Source of the DNA: Patescibacteria group bacterium
GTDB lineage: Bacteria; Patescibacteriota; Minisyncoccia; Phycocordibacterales; SBAW01
Length of the DNA: 64,000 nucleotides
Reading direction: 5' to 3'
Assembly: GCA_019752125.1 (NCBI GenBank)
Contig: JAIEMM010000006.1
Coordinates: 6,120-70,119, forward strand
Shown here one piece after another: positions 56,539 through 64,000 of the stretch. Each line of letters opens with the position of its first letter. Within the stretch, counting starts at the first letter, position 1. A program made the position numbers and the translations under genes. The notes beneath the pieces were generated by a model, which was not told the origin of the DNA, searched no databases, and was given only the letters and a program-made list of their open reading frames with translations.

Positions 56539-56868
56539 ATGCCAGAAATTTCAATTGATGATTTTAAGAAAGTAGAGATCCGCGTTGGAGAGATCGTGAG
56601 CGTGGAAAGAGTAGAGGGAAGCGAGAAGCTTCTTAAGTTGAAGGTAAATTTTGGTGAAGCGGGCGAACGCCAAGTGCTTTCAGGTATTGCCGCGTATTTT
56701 CCAGACGAACAGGTGTTGGTAGGGAAGCGATATCCTTTTGTTACAAACTTGGCCCCACGCAAAATGATGGGGATGGAAAGCCAGGCCATGATTATGGCAA
56801 CCGGCGGCGGCGACCAGCCTTTGTGTCTTTTCCCAAGCGAAGCCGCGCCTGGTTCAATAGTTAGATAA
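56539..56868 (+). CDS. tRNA-binding (Myf/EMAP/CsaA-type OB-fold) domain protein
   Basis: Start at the internal Met (MPEISIDDFKKVEIRVGEIVSVE…). The pattern DF.K.D.RVG.I is typical of tRNA-binding Trbp111/CsaA domains. Confidence 0.7.
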   Translation: MPEISIDDFKKVEIRVGEIVSVERVEGSEKLLKLKVNFGEAGERQVLSGIAAYFPDEQVLVGKRYPFVTNLAPRKMMGMESQAMIMATGGGDQPLCLFPSEAAPGSIVR

Positions 56869-56989
56869 ATCTACGCAGAACTAAAGCTCCACAAGCGCTT
56901 CGCAAAAAGCTTCTTTCGAAAAGGTCCTCGGGTCTCCTCGCAGAGCCTCGGCCAGACCATTTTCTCAAGAACTATTTTGCTTCGCTAAT

Positions 56990-57583
56990 CTACCTCCCTT
57001 TTCTCCACTCCCACATAACAGGAAGGAATGAGACGATGATGACAACTGCGACGATGGGGAGAATATAATTTTCCAAGTTGGGGATTGCGCGGCCAAGGAA
57101 GTAGCCAGCGAGGAGGAAGGTGTCGGCCCAGAGAAAACCTCCGACTATGTTGTAGGCAAGGAACTTTGTATATTTCATTTCACCAACCCCGGCGATGATA
57201 GGGACAAAGGTGCGCACGACGGGTATAAAGCGCGCAATCAACACGGCTTTTGCGCCGTGCTTTTCATAAAATTGTTTCGATTTCTCGATGTGTTTTTTAT
57301 TGAACCAAAATGAATCCTCTTTTGTGAACAAGCGCGGGCCGATGTAGCGGCCGAAGGAATACCCAACACTGTCGCCCAAGATTGCAGCGACGGGCACGAT
57401 AAGCAGCAACCACCATATAGAAAGTGCGCCTTGTGTTGCCAGTAGTCCTGCGGTGAGAAGAAGGGAATCGCCGGGCAAGAAGAAGCCGATGAATATACCA
57501 GACTCTGCCAGGACAATACAAAAAATACCAATGTAGCCGAGGGTTTCTATTATATGAAGTGGGTCAATGTGAAAAATACTCAT
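56990..57583 (-). CDS. DedA/SNARE-associated family membrane protein
   Basis: DedA signature (…GFFLPGDSLLLTAGLL…FGRYIGPRLF…VLIARFIPVVRTF…). Confidence 0.8.
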   Translation of the reverse strand: MSIFHIDPLHIIETLGYIGIFCIVLAESGIFIGFFLPGDSLLLTAGLLATQGALSIWWLLLIVPVAAILGDSVGYSFGRYIGPRLFTKEDSFWFNKKHIEKSKQFYEKHGAKAVLIARFIPVVRTFVPIIAGVGEMKYTKFLAYNIVGGFLWADTFLLAGYFLGRAIPNLENYILPIVAVVIIVSFLPVMWEWRKGR

Positions 57584-58086
57584 GCTGTATGTTCGTTATG
57601 GTGATGCCGTTTATGTAATTGGTACCTGTACTCATGCCATGTGAGATATATAAAGACGATATCAAATATAGTTATGCAAAGGAGAATAATAGAATGGGTG
57701 TGGAAGAGTCGGTAGCCTTGGTACACCAGAAAGATACCAGTGATGCCCATCGAGACAGGGTAGGCCCACAAGCGGTTTTTATACAGGTTGTAGGAAAGAA
57801 ACATGTTAAGTAGCCCGTGGAAGAGCAGGTACAGCCCGACAAAGTTTTTTGTGCTGACAGAAAGCTGGTTGAGATGGTCGGCAATGAAGCGGAATATAAA
57901 GTCATCGTGGCCGCCTAGAAATTCTTCCCGGCTGAAAAATACAAAACCGCTTCGAATAAGAGGGTGCACGCTCCAAAGGAGATATAGCCCGGCAGCTGTT
58001 TCCCAGACGCTGTTGAGGGCCTTGAGCAAAATACCCGCTTCAAACAGTTCGTGCCAGAATTTTTGAGTAAATACGCGACGAATCAT
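57580..58086 (-). CDS. hypothetical polytopic membrane protein
   Basis: 168 aa with 4 hydrophobic helices and a His-rich C-terminus (HKRHHHNEH). Confidence 0.45.
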   Translation of the reverse strand: MIRRVFTQKFWHELFEAGILLKALNSVWETAAGLYLLWSVHPLIRSGFVFFSREEFLGGHDDFIFRFIADHLNQLSVSTKNFVGLYLLFHGLLNMFLSYNLYKNRLWAYPVSMGITGIFLVYQGYRLFHTHSIILLCITIFDIVFIYLTWHEYRYQLHKRHHHNEHTA

Positions 58087-58138
58087 TATGTATAGTATAT
58101 GCTACGCAGTATAGCCCTCGGCCATAGCCACGGGCGAG

Positions 58139-58210
58139 GCCCCTGTAGTTAAACGGATATAACTGCGGACTTCTAAGCCGCTATTCGAGGTTCGATTCCT
58201 CGCGGGGGCA
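58139..58210 (+). tRNA. tRNA-Arg (anticodon TCT)
   Basis: Acceptor gcccctg/cgggggc (one G·U), D-arm gtta-aacggata-taac, anticodon loop cTTCTaa, T-arm cgagg-ttcgatt-cctcg, discriminator A. Confidence 0.8.
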
Positions 58211-58460
58211 CAAAAAGAAAAGCGACTCGGGAGAGTCGCTTGGTGGAGCTAGTTGGGCACCCGCGCGTAGGCTTGCTCATGCGTTGCGGGCTTACCATTG
58301 CAGTGGGGCACCTTCACGCGTCCGAAGTTCCTGAGCTCGCATCCAGGCCGTAGGACCTCATTGTCTCCCGACATTGGTCCGAGTGTCATAAGGCCGATGC
58401 CTAATAGGCAGGATCCAACAAGAATTATTAAAGGACTAGGAAACATCTCTTTCTCTCGTG

Positions 58461-58835
58461 TTACGGTGCGACCCAGTTCGCGAGGACGATGATGATGAAC
58501 CCGCGAGGGCCTGTCGCCGTCAGAACATCCCAGCCCTTACGCCACTTCACTCGGTGCTCGGCCTGGGTGGGGTACTGCGACGCCGGGATGCTGTCGATCA
58601 GCTTCTGCGCCACCTCTTCGCTCGAGAGCGGCTTGGAGAGATGGTGCTCGTGCGCAGCGAAGGCGGTCGACGCATAGAGTACGCTTCCCGTAATGGGTGC
58701 CTGTTCGATGGGCTCCAGTGCATGGAAGTACATGGAGTAGCCCTGCTTGGCCCTTTCCAGCAGTTCGGTAAGGCACCAGGTGTCGGCCGCGCTCCCGACC
58801 ATCTTCGACCCAGCAGGTAGTCGTTCGTAGTGCAT
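58461..58835 (-). CDS. hypothetical 124-aa protein in GC-rich islet next to tRNA-Arg(TCT)
   Basis: Longest of several overlapping ORFs in a ~60% GC stretch (58230-58860). No recognisable motif. The printed text and the ORF-track frame differ by 1 nt in this stretch. Confidence 0.3.
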   Translation of the reverse strand: MHYERLPAGSKMVGSAADTWCLTELLERAKQGYSMYFHALEPIEQAPITGSVLYASTAFAAHEHHLSKPLSSEEVAQKLIDSIPASQYPTQAEHRVKWRKGWDVLTATGPRGFIIIVLANWVAP

Positions 58836-59997
58836 GTCTGTTTACCTCCCAATCTGCGGCCATCCTAACGAAGAGAGAAATTTTTGTCCATATACTAGAT
58901 GGATGCGACAGAAGTTATTTATGTGGGCGGGGAGTTTACTTTTGCTCATCGCTGTTGGTGTCACGGTCTCAGGTGACTTTTTTACGCACTACAGTTCAGC
59001 GCTTAGGCATGAATCCTTTCGACAAGCTCAGGACAAGCAGGCTGCAGTCGGGCAATTGGTTTCGCCGCTGGAGATAAAACAGGTACCGCCTGAATATTTT
59101 TCTTTACTTATTGAACCAGACGCAGGAATCACTCCCGTTCTGTCTCGCATAGAACATGCGCAGAAATCTATCGACTTGGTGATGTATACGCTTAGTGATG
59201 ATCAAGTGGTACAAGCGTTGGGCGATGCAGTAACTCGCGGTGTTTCTGTTCGCGTACTTTTAAACGGTGGGTATTACAGCAAAAAAGAATCATCCAACGA
59301 TGCATCGTATGCAGCACTGCAAAAACTACACGTGCCCGTAAAATGGACGCCAACGAGTTTTGCGCTGACACACCAAAAGACATTGGTTGTTGATGGAAAG
59401 GAAGCCTTGGTGATGACGTTTAACTTACAGTCGAAGTATTACAAAACTGGCCGAGACTTTGCGATTGCTGATACAGATCCAAATGACATCGCTGCGATAG
59501 AGAAAGTTTTCGCAGCCGACTTCGCTGGAAGCTACGTCGAGCCACAGCAAGGGGATACTCTTTTGTGGAGCCCAGGCTCTGAAGATGAGCTTCTGTATCT
59601 AATAAAATCTGCTAGCTCGACACTAGATATCTACAATGAAGAAATGGCAGACAAAGATATAACAGAAGCGCTTGTTGTAGCTGCAAAGCGCGGCGTGAAA
59701 GTCCGAGTTGATATGACCTACGCGACAAACTGGAAACCGGCATTTATTAAACTCCGAGATGGCGGAGTTGCTGTGCGCACATTCCCATCTTCATCGAAAA
59801 CACTATATATACACGCCAAAGTAATAATCGCAGACGGTACAACTGCGTTCATGGGGTCTGAGAATTTTTCAGAAACCTCCCTCAATAAGAATAGGGAATT
59901 GGGGGTGGTGACCAGCGCTCCTCAAATAGTGGGAGGCTTACAACATATCTTTGATATAGACTGGGCAAAATCGCGCCCATTTACGGCAAGTAAATGA
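58834..59997 (+). CDS. phospholipase D-family protein (cardiolipin-synthase-like, two HKD motifs)
   Basis: N-terminal TM. HKD motif 1 (LTHQKTLVVDG) and HKD motif 2 (YIHAKVIIADG…GSENFS). Confidence 0.8.
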   Translation: MSVYLPICGHPNEERNFCPYTRWMRQKLFMWAGSLLLLIAVGVTVSGDFFTHYSSALRHESFRQAQDKQAAVGQLVSPLEIKQVPPEYFSLLIEPDAGITPVLSRIEHAQKSIDLVMYTLSDDQVVQALGDAVTRGVSVRVLLNGGYYSKKESSNDASYAALQKLHVPVKWTPTSFALTHQKTLVVDGKEALVMTFNLQSKYYKTGRDFAIADTDPNDIAAIEKVFAADFAGSYVEPQQGDTLLWSPGSEDELLYLIKSASSTLDIYNEEMADKDITEALVVAAKRGVKVRVDMTYATNWKPAFIKLRDGGVAVRTFPSSSKTLYIHAKVIIADGTTAFMGSENFSETSLNKNRELGVVTSAPQIVGGLQHIFDIDWAKSRPFTASK

Positions 59998-60017
59998 TGC
60001 GGTATTGTGTGTTCATC

Positions 60018-60093
60018 GCGCGCTTAGCTCAGTTGGTAGAGCAACTCATTTACACTGAGAAGGTCGGGGGTTCAAGTCCCTCAGCGCGCACCA
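60018..60093 (+). tRNA. tRNA-Val (anticodon TAC), CCA encoded
   Basis: Acceptor gcgcgct/agcgcgc, D-arm gctc-agttggta-gagc, anticodon loop tTTACac, T-arm ggggg-ttcaagt-ccctc, 3' ACCA. Confidence 0.85.
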
Positions 60094-60171
60094 AAATAGA
60101 CCTTCTAATTAATATATTGGCGCTGCACTATTCTCCAGCAGCGCTACAATTAAGAAACAACCGTTTTAGTC

Positions 60172-61503
60172 ATGACCCGTACAAATTTACTATTCAGAAG
60201 GGGTTGGGGCAGTGGGGAAGACGATGGCAGAGAAGGCCATCGTTCCATCAACATTCCTCGTGGCGGACACTGGCTTTGGAAGCTACTCGCGTTTTCAGGC
60301 CCAGGCTACATGGTGGCCGTTGGCTACATGGACCCAGGTAATTGGGCAACCGACCTCGTCGGCGGCTCGGCCTTCGGCTACGCACTGCTTTCAGTTATCC
60401 TGCTCTCAAGTCTCTCAGCAATTCTCCTGCAATATCTTTCTGCAAAGCTTGGTATCGCAACTGGCCGTGACTTGGCAGAGATGACAAAGCAGAACGTCTC
60501 TAAACCAATTGCAATTTTCTTGTGGGTGATGGCAGAAATAATGATCATTGCCTGCGACTTGGCAGAGGTCATCGGTACCGCAGTTGCACTCTTACTCCTC
60601 TTTCACATCCCGATCGTCTGGGGCGTATGCATTACAGCGCTCGACGTCTTCCTGCTTCTCTACTTGCAGAAGAAAGGCATGCGCCTCTTGGAAGCGCTCG
60701 TGGTCTGCCTTATTGCCATCATTGGGGTATGTTTGGGTATCGATGTGGTGATGGCAAACCCTTCACTCCTCGGCATATTCAGCGGCTTGGTTCCAACACC
60801 AGCACTGTTTGCCAGCACCGATATGCTCTATGTCGCTATCGGCATCATCGGCGCAACGGTTATGCCACACAACCTCTACCTGCACTCATCGCTTTCACAG
60901 ACGCGCGCGTATGAAGAAACAGAGGTGGGGAAGAGGGAGGCAATAAAATATAGCGGTATTGATTCTGGCATCGCCCTCTCCTTCGCCTTCTGCATCAACG
61001 CAGCAATTCTTATTCTCTCGGCAGCAGCGTTTCATTCAAACGGACTTAACGATGTTGCAGATATAGATCAAGCGTACCTACTACTTTCACCCGTGCTTGG
61101 TATAGGGTTTGGGTCAGCGTTGTTTGCAATCGCACTTCTTGCCGCCGGACAGAACTCTACGCTCACCGGCACTATGGCGGGGCAGATAATTATGGAAGGG
61201 TTCTTGAATATTCGTTTGGCGCCATGGTTGCGCCGCATTATCACGCGAGGTCTCGCTATCATTCCGGCACTACTCTTTGTTGTCTACATCGGCGGGGAAG
61301 AGGTTACAAAACTACTCGTATTTTCACAGGTGGTGCTGTCCATACAGCTACCGTTCGCAATGATTCCGCTCGTATACTTCACCAGCCGCAAAAAGTTTAT
61401 GGGCGTGTTTACTAATTCATGGCCTATCAAGGCGTTGGCCATACTTATCGCAACCGTTATTACCGGTCTTAATGTATGGTTGGTTTGGCAGGTTTTCGTG
61501 TAA
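60172..61503 (+). CDS. mntH: NRAMP-family divalent metal (Mn2+/Fe2+) transporter
   Basis: NRAMP consensus (LAFSGPGYMVAVGYMDPGNWATDLVGG), 11 predicted TM helices and (…GATVMPHNLYLHSSL…). Confidence 0.85.
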   Translation: MTRTNLLFRRGWGSGEDDGREGHRSINIPRGGHWLWKLLAFSGPGYMVAVGYMDPGNWATDLVGGSAFGYALLSVILLSSLSAILLQYLSAKLGIATGRDLAEMTKQNVSKPIAIFLWVMAEIMIIACDLAEVIGTAVALLLLFHIPIVWGVCITALDVFLLLYLQKKGMRLLEALVVCLIAIIGVCLGIDVVMANPSLLGIFSGLVPTPALFASTDMLYVAIGIIGATVMPHNLYLHSSLSQTRAYEETEVGKREAIKYSGIDSGIALSFAFCINAAILILSAAAFHSNGLNDVADIDQAYLLLSPVLGIGFGSALFAIALLAAGQNSTLTGTMAGQIIMEGFLNIRLAPWLRRIITRGLAIIPALLFVVYIGGEEVTKLLVFSQVVLSIQLPFAMIPLVYFTSRKKFMGVFTNSWPIKALAILIATVITGLNVWLVWQVFV

Positions 61504-61512
61504 AGTAAAAAT

Positions 61513-62190
61513 ATGAAAGAACCGGTAGTGCTATACGAAGATCAGGACATTATTGTTGTCGACAAGCCGTCGGGGATGATTGTGTACCCAGATGGCATCC
61601 ACGACTATCCGGCGCTTGATGCGTGGCTTGTAAAAAAATATGGGGGTCCGCCAGCTGGCGGATTCCATTTCGTGCACCGCCTCGACAGAGAGACATCGGG
61701 CGTGCTTCTCCTTGCCCGTACTCCAGAAGTGTATGAGTTTATGAAAGAGCAGTTTCAGGAAAGGGAAGTGCGAAAGGTGTATCGCGCCTTTGTGCACGGA
61801 CTCATTCGCGACGACCGTGGCATTATCGACAAGCCGATAGGGAACTCGCGCGGCGGCAAAGGGCCACGTTCTGTAAAAAGCCCGCACGGTACATTGCGTG
61901 ATGCGCTTACTGCGTACCGGGTCATTAAGCGTAGCCCGGAAGCGACATACGTTGAGGTGTTTCCTAAAACTGGCCGCACGCACCAAATTCGTGTCCACTT
62001 TTCTTCTATCCAGCGCCCTATTATCTGCGACCAGCTCTATGGCCCAGACCGCCCTGATGTCCTAGGGTTAGGCCGCCTTGCTCTCCACGCCTATTCGCTC
62101 ACAGTTCAGCACCCAAATGGTAAAGAAATGACCTTTACCTCGCCTCTGCCGCCGGAATTCGTTACAGCAGAAGGAAAATTGCGCGAGTAG
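61513..62190 (+). CDS. RluA-family 23S rRNA/tRNA pseudouridine synthase
   Basis: Catalytic motif (HRLDRETSGVLLLART) and (KVYRAFVHG). Confidence 0.85.
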   Translation: MKEPVVLYEDQDIIVVDKPSGMIVYPDGIHDYPALDAWLVKKYGGPPAGGFHFVHRLDRETSGVLLLARTPEVYEFMKEQFQEREVRKVYRAFVHGLIRDDRGIIDKPIGNSRGGKGPRSVKSPHGTLRDALTAYRVIKRSPEATYVEVFPKTGRTHQIRVHFSSIQRPIICDQLYGPDRPDVLGLGRLALHAYSLTVQHPNGKEMTFTSPLPPEFVTAEGKLRE

Positions 62191-62197
62191 AAACAAT

Positions 62198-62698
62198 GTG
62201 TTAAAGTCTCCAGACATGAAATCGGCAGTCAAAGTAAGCCCAGTAAACATGAAACAGCGCGCGGCGCTCGGTATTCGCTCTGGCGACACCGTCCGCGTTT
62301 GGCAAAACATTGTTGAACTCAAAAAAGGTAAGGCAGCCAACAAAAAAGAGGTAACGACGAAGAACGTTCGTCGCCAGGCTTTTGAAGGCATCGTTATCGC
62401 TGTGAAGCACGGTAATGAAACCGGCGGTACCTTTACAGTACGCAAGGTTGCTTCAGGTGTGGGTGTTGAAAGAATCTTCCCTATATACGCTCCAATGATT
62501 GATGAAATTGAGGTGCTCCGCCGCGCACGTACTCGCCGCGCGAAGCTCTACTTCATCCGCCGCAAAGCAACATCTGAGATTAAGCGTGCAATGCGTAAAC
62601 AGATCCGCTTCACTCCAAAAGGCACTGCCGAAGATGAGGCTCCAGTAGAAGCAGAAGAGCCAGTCGTTGACTCAGCTCCAGAAGAAGCAACAGTTTAG
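62198..62698 (+). CDS. rplS: 50S ribosomal protein L19 with extended termini
   Basis: Core (RSGDTVRVWQNIVE…FEGIVIAVKHGNETGGTFTVRKVASGVGVERIFPIYAPMIDEIEVLRRARTRRAKLYFIR) is L19. A ~30-aa acidic C-terminal tail follows. The true start may be an internal Met. Confidence 0.85.
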   Translation: MLKSPDMKSAVKVSPVNMKQRAALGIRSGDTVRVWQNIVELKKGKAANKKEVTTKNVRRQAFEGIVIAVKHGNETGGTFTVRKVASGVGVERIFPIYAPMIDEIEVLRRARTRRAKLYFIRRKATSEIKRAMRKQIRFTPKGTAEDEAPVEAEEPVVDSAPEEATV

Positions 62699-62708
62699 TA
62701 CGCTTCAC

Positions 62709-62766
62709 AAAAAGGCCTTGCTTTGGGGAGATATACCTCGCCCCTACGCAAGGCCTTTTTGTTTTG
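62709..62766. terminator. long bidirectional terminator hairpin (aaaaaggccttgc…gcaaggccttttt)
   Basis: 13-nt arms flanking a ~26-nt loop, with an A-run upstream and a T-run downstream. Located after the rplS stop. Confidence 0.6.
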
Positions 62767-62809
62767 CTAAAACCACGCAGGTTCGCTATAGTGCACGTGT
62801 ACGCCTGAT

Positions 62810-62893
62810 GCCCAGGTGGCGAAATTGGTAGACGCACTACCTTGAGGTGGTAGCCCCCGCAAGGGGTTGGAGGTTCGAGTCCTCTCCTGGGCA
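62810..62893 (+). tRNA. tRNA-Leu (anticodon GAG), long variable arm
   Basis: Acceptor gcccagg/cctgggc, D-loop with GG, anticodon loop cTTGAGGt read as U33-GAG, variable stem-loop gtagcccccgcaaggggtt, T-arm ggagg-ttcgagt-cctct, discriminator A. Confidence 0.85.
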
Positions 62894-63078
62894 CAACAAA
62901 CGAAAAACTAGGCATTACCGTCACCCAGAGGCAGCCAAAGAGGACTCCTCGAACTCGGATGCCTAATCATGGACACCCAATGCTATTTATGGTTGAGTGT
63001 CCACAGACACCTCTCCTGTTCGGAGGGACCCCCGCCACATAATTATATGGTTGGGTCTTCCCGCAACAGGAGGGCCGC

Positions 63079-63645
63079 ATGCCCAGCATCATAAAGTTCA
63101 AGGATTTCGTGAGCATCAGCGGAGACACTCTCACTATCGATCCCGGACTGAAGCCGAAGCCAGACATCGGCGTCCAAGTTCTCTTCAGGTTCGCGTTCAG
63201 GGGGGATGTGATCAGGCATCTCGTCGGCGATGCGTCGCTCTTGAATAATTGGGACACCGAACCAACTCCGTACGACGCTGAAATGGAATCCTACCTCAGC
63301 GGCCTCTGCAATCTTGGCGACAGCCGTGGCGAACAGATTAATCTCGAGCGTCTCAGTCTAGGTGACACCGTCGTCGAGCTTCGCCTCGACCGCCTCGCCA
63401 AGATTCTATTCGGCCACGAGGAGAACTGGATGGAGGGCATCGACAACGTCTTCATTAGAGCAGCCATGAAGACGCTCGTCGAGACACACACCGTGACCGC
63501 AGCGATCGATAGGACTGCTGACGGGGTCGGCATCATGGTCGTCTTCAAAAAGCTCAACGAGGTCAAGTTCTCCTTCCTCTTCGAGATCGACCGAGCTGCT
63601 GCCGAGAAGATCTTCATGTTCCAGGATGTCGAGAGTGTCGTCTGA
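63079..63645 (+). CDS. hypothetical protein (GC-richer, after tRNA-Leu)
   Basis: 188-aa ORF at about 56% GC. No recognisable motif. A strong terminator follows. Confidence 0.45.
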   Translation: MPSIIKFKDFVSISGDTLTIDPGLKPKPDIGVQVLFRFAFRGDVIRHLVGDASLLNNWDTEPTPYDAEMESYLSGLCNLGDSRGEQINLERLSLGDTVVELRLDRLAKILFGHEENWMEGIDNVFIRAAMKTLVETHTVTAAIDRTADGVGIMVVFKKLNEVKFSFLFEIDRAAAEKIFMFQDVESVV

Positions 63646-63660
63646 CATTCCTCAACGGAG

Positions 63661-63689
63661 CGCCGACCGATTCCTGGGTCGGCGTTTTT
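63661..63689 (+). terminator. rho-independent terminator (cgccgacc-gattcctg-ggtcggcg + TTTTT)
   Basis: 8-bp perfect GC-rich stem followed by a T-run. Confidence 0.65.
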
Positions 63690-63848
63690 CTATATCCATT
63701 GGGTCATGCAAGGCATCATTGTCGTTCGCCGCTTTGAGCTGCGCTCTGATATATTTCTTGATGATCTGTGCGATCACTAAAGTTCGAGGTTTGCCTCGCG
63801 TGGGCGCACAAAGCGTTTTGTATATTTGTCCTGCTATAATATCCAGCA

Positions 63849-64000
63849 ATGTTGAAAATGTTTATTGCTCCGATAGCTGTCTCTGTTTTGGCCTTAGCGG
63901 CCGTGGGTTGGTGGGGTGGGGTAGCGGCATTTCTTTTGACGGCGATGCTGGCAGTTCTTGAAGTCACTCTTTCCTTCGACAACGCAGTGGTCAATGCCAA
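63849..64000 (+). CDS. TerC/Alx(DUF475)-like integral membrane protein, 3'-truncated by window edge
   Basis: Hand translation MLKMFIAPIAVSVLALAAVGWWGGVAAFLLTAMLAVLEVTLSFDNAVVNA. The E…LS.DN..V motif is characteristic of TerC-family transporters. The ORF runs off the window. Confidence 0.45.
   Translation, partial: MLKMFIAPIAVSVLALAAVGWWGGVAAFLLTAMLAVLEVTLSFDNAVVNA

Noticed and set aside
59994-60341. 115-aa + strand ORF
   Set aside because: It runs through tRNA-Val (60018-60093) and out of frame into mntH, so it is an artefact.
62610-62924. 104-aa minus-strand ORF
   Set aside because: It covers the rplS 3' end, the terminator hairpin and tRNA-Leu on the opposite strand, so it is an artefact.

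Overview
This 64-kb window looks like chromosome from a small-genome, CPR/Patescibacteria-like bacterium with about 48% GC and densely packed, often overlapping genes. Genes are assigned by motif and gene order rather than database search, and RNA and hairpin coordinates derived by hand may be off by 1–2 nt.

- **Replication origin (24.1–28.6 kb).** The classic rpmH–rnpA–yidC–jag / dnaA–dnaN arrangement is present, with DnaA-box-like 9-mers in the dnaA–dnaN spacer.
- **Secretion-like operon (11.2–24.1 kb).** A co-directional, roughly 13-kb run of membrane and secreted genes looks like a minimal type IV secretion-like apparatus. It has a VirB4 ATPase split into two ORFs, a VirB6/TrbL-like polytopic protein with a very long coiled-coil tail, a PrgI/VirB3-like protein, a VirB2-like pilin candidate and large low-complexity surface proteins. 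No relaxase or coupling protein is visible.
- **Housekeeping genes.** These include pnp, a YifB/ComM-like ATPase, a UvrD-family helicase, rsmA, a PBP1A, tyrS, ruvC–yebC–ruvB, a PilB/GspE ATPase, tsaE, a compact polA, ruvA, rpsT, mntH, rluA and rplS.
- **tRNA genes.** Six are found: Lys-TTT, Arg with an apparent GCG anticodon, Ser-TGA, Arg-TCT, Val-TAC and Leu-GAG.
- **Accessory features.** A type I R–M operon (hsdM–hsdS–X–hsdR) carries an AT-rich PIN-like gene between hsdS and hsdR. A GC-rich, 554-bp cassette flanked by 36-nt hairpin-containing direct repeats sits in the shared rdgB/PBP terminator. A tRNA-Ser is followed by a degenerate copy of its 3' end. A roughly 140-nt imperfect inverted repeat lies upstream of ruvB. 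Two other small GC-rich islets are present.

No CRISPR array, rRNA, transposase or integrase gene was seen.
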